DNA from: the human T2T-CHM13v2.0 reference genome, Homo sapiens
Assembly: GCF_009914755.1 (NCBI RefSeq)
Contig: NC_060929.1
Direction: 5' to 3' (one strand)
Length of the DNA: 64,000 bases
The notes under the pieces are model-generated. The model ran no database searches and was not told where the DNA came from. It saw only the letters and a list, made by a program, of their open reading frames with translations. The position numbers and the translations under genes were made by a program. This document shows, in pieces, positions 63,852 to 64,000 of this stretch; positions within the stretch are counted from its first letter, which is position 1, and every line of letters begins with the position of its first letter.

Positions 63852-64000
63852 AAGATTGGGGATTCTTAACATGGAGATAGGGGAGATGTCTCTGAGTTCC
63901 CTGAAATTGTATGCAAAGTCTGGCATGTGTACATGGAGAGAGAGGAGTCATAGCTTTAATCAGATTCTCAGGGTTATGTATGACCACACTTCCTATCCAA

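Overview
This is primate DNA, almost certainly human. It covers about 24 kb upstream of MAST4, the CpG-island promoter and first coding exon (CDS 24736-25098, + strand, 121 codons, phase-0 GT donor), and about 39 kb of intron 1. I recognised the gene by recalling the MAST4 N-terminal protein sequence, not by a database search. The window opens with a processed PPIA (cyclophilin A) pseudogene inserted into an ancient L1/HAL1 ORF1 relic. Most of the rest is typical interspersed repeat: Alu, L1, L2, MIR, MaLR LTRs and hAT/mariner MITEs. Old-repeat subfamily calls come from remembered consensus motifs and their boundaries are approximate. I found no evidence of a new multi-gene system. The most notable structures are: (1) a ~155-bp unique intronic segment copied into an L1 6.4 kb downstream, next to a second foreign insert; (2) a 27-bp micro-inversion inside a MIR, bounded by inverted microhomology; (3) a miR-548-like MADE1 hairpin inserted without TA duplications; (4) a tailless 36-nt U2 retrocopy with a target-site duplication; (5) an AT-rich minisatellite built from hairpin units; and (6) a uORF plus nested start-stop codon in the probable MAST4 5' UTR.
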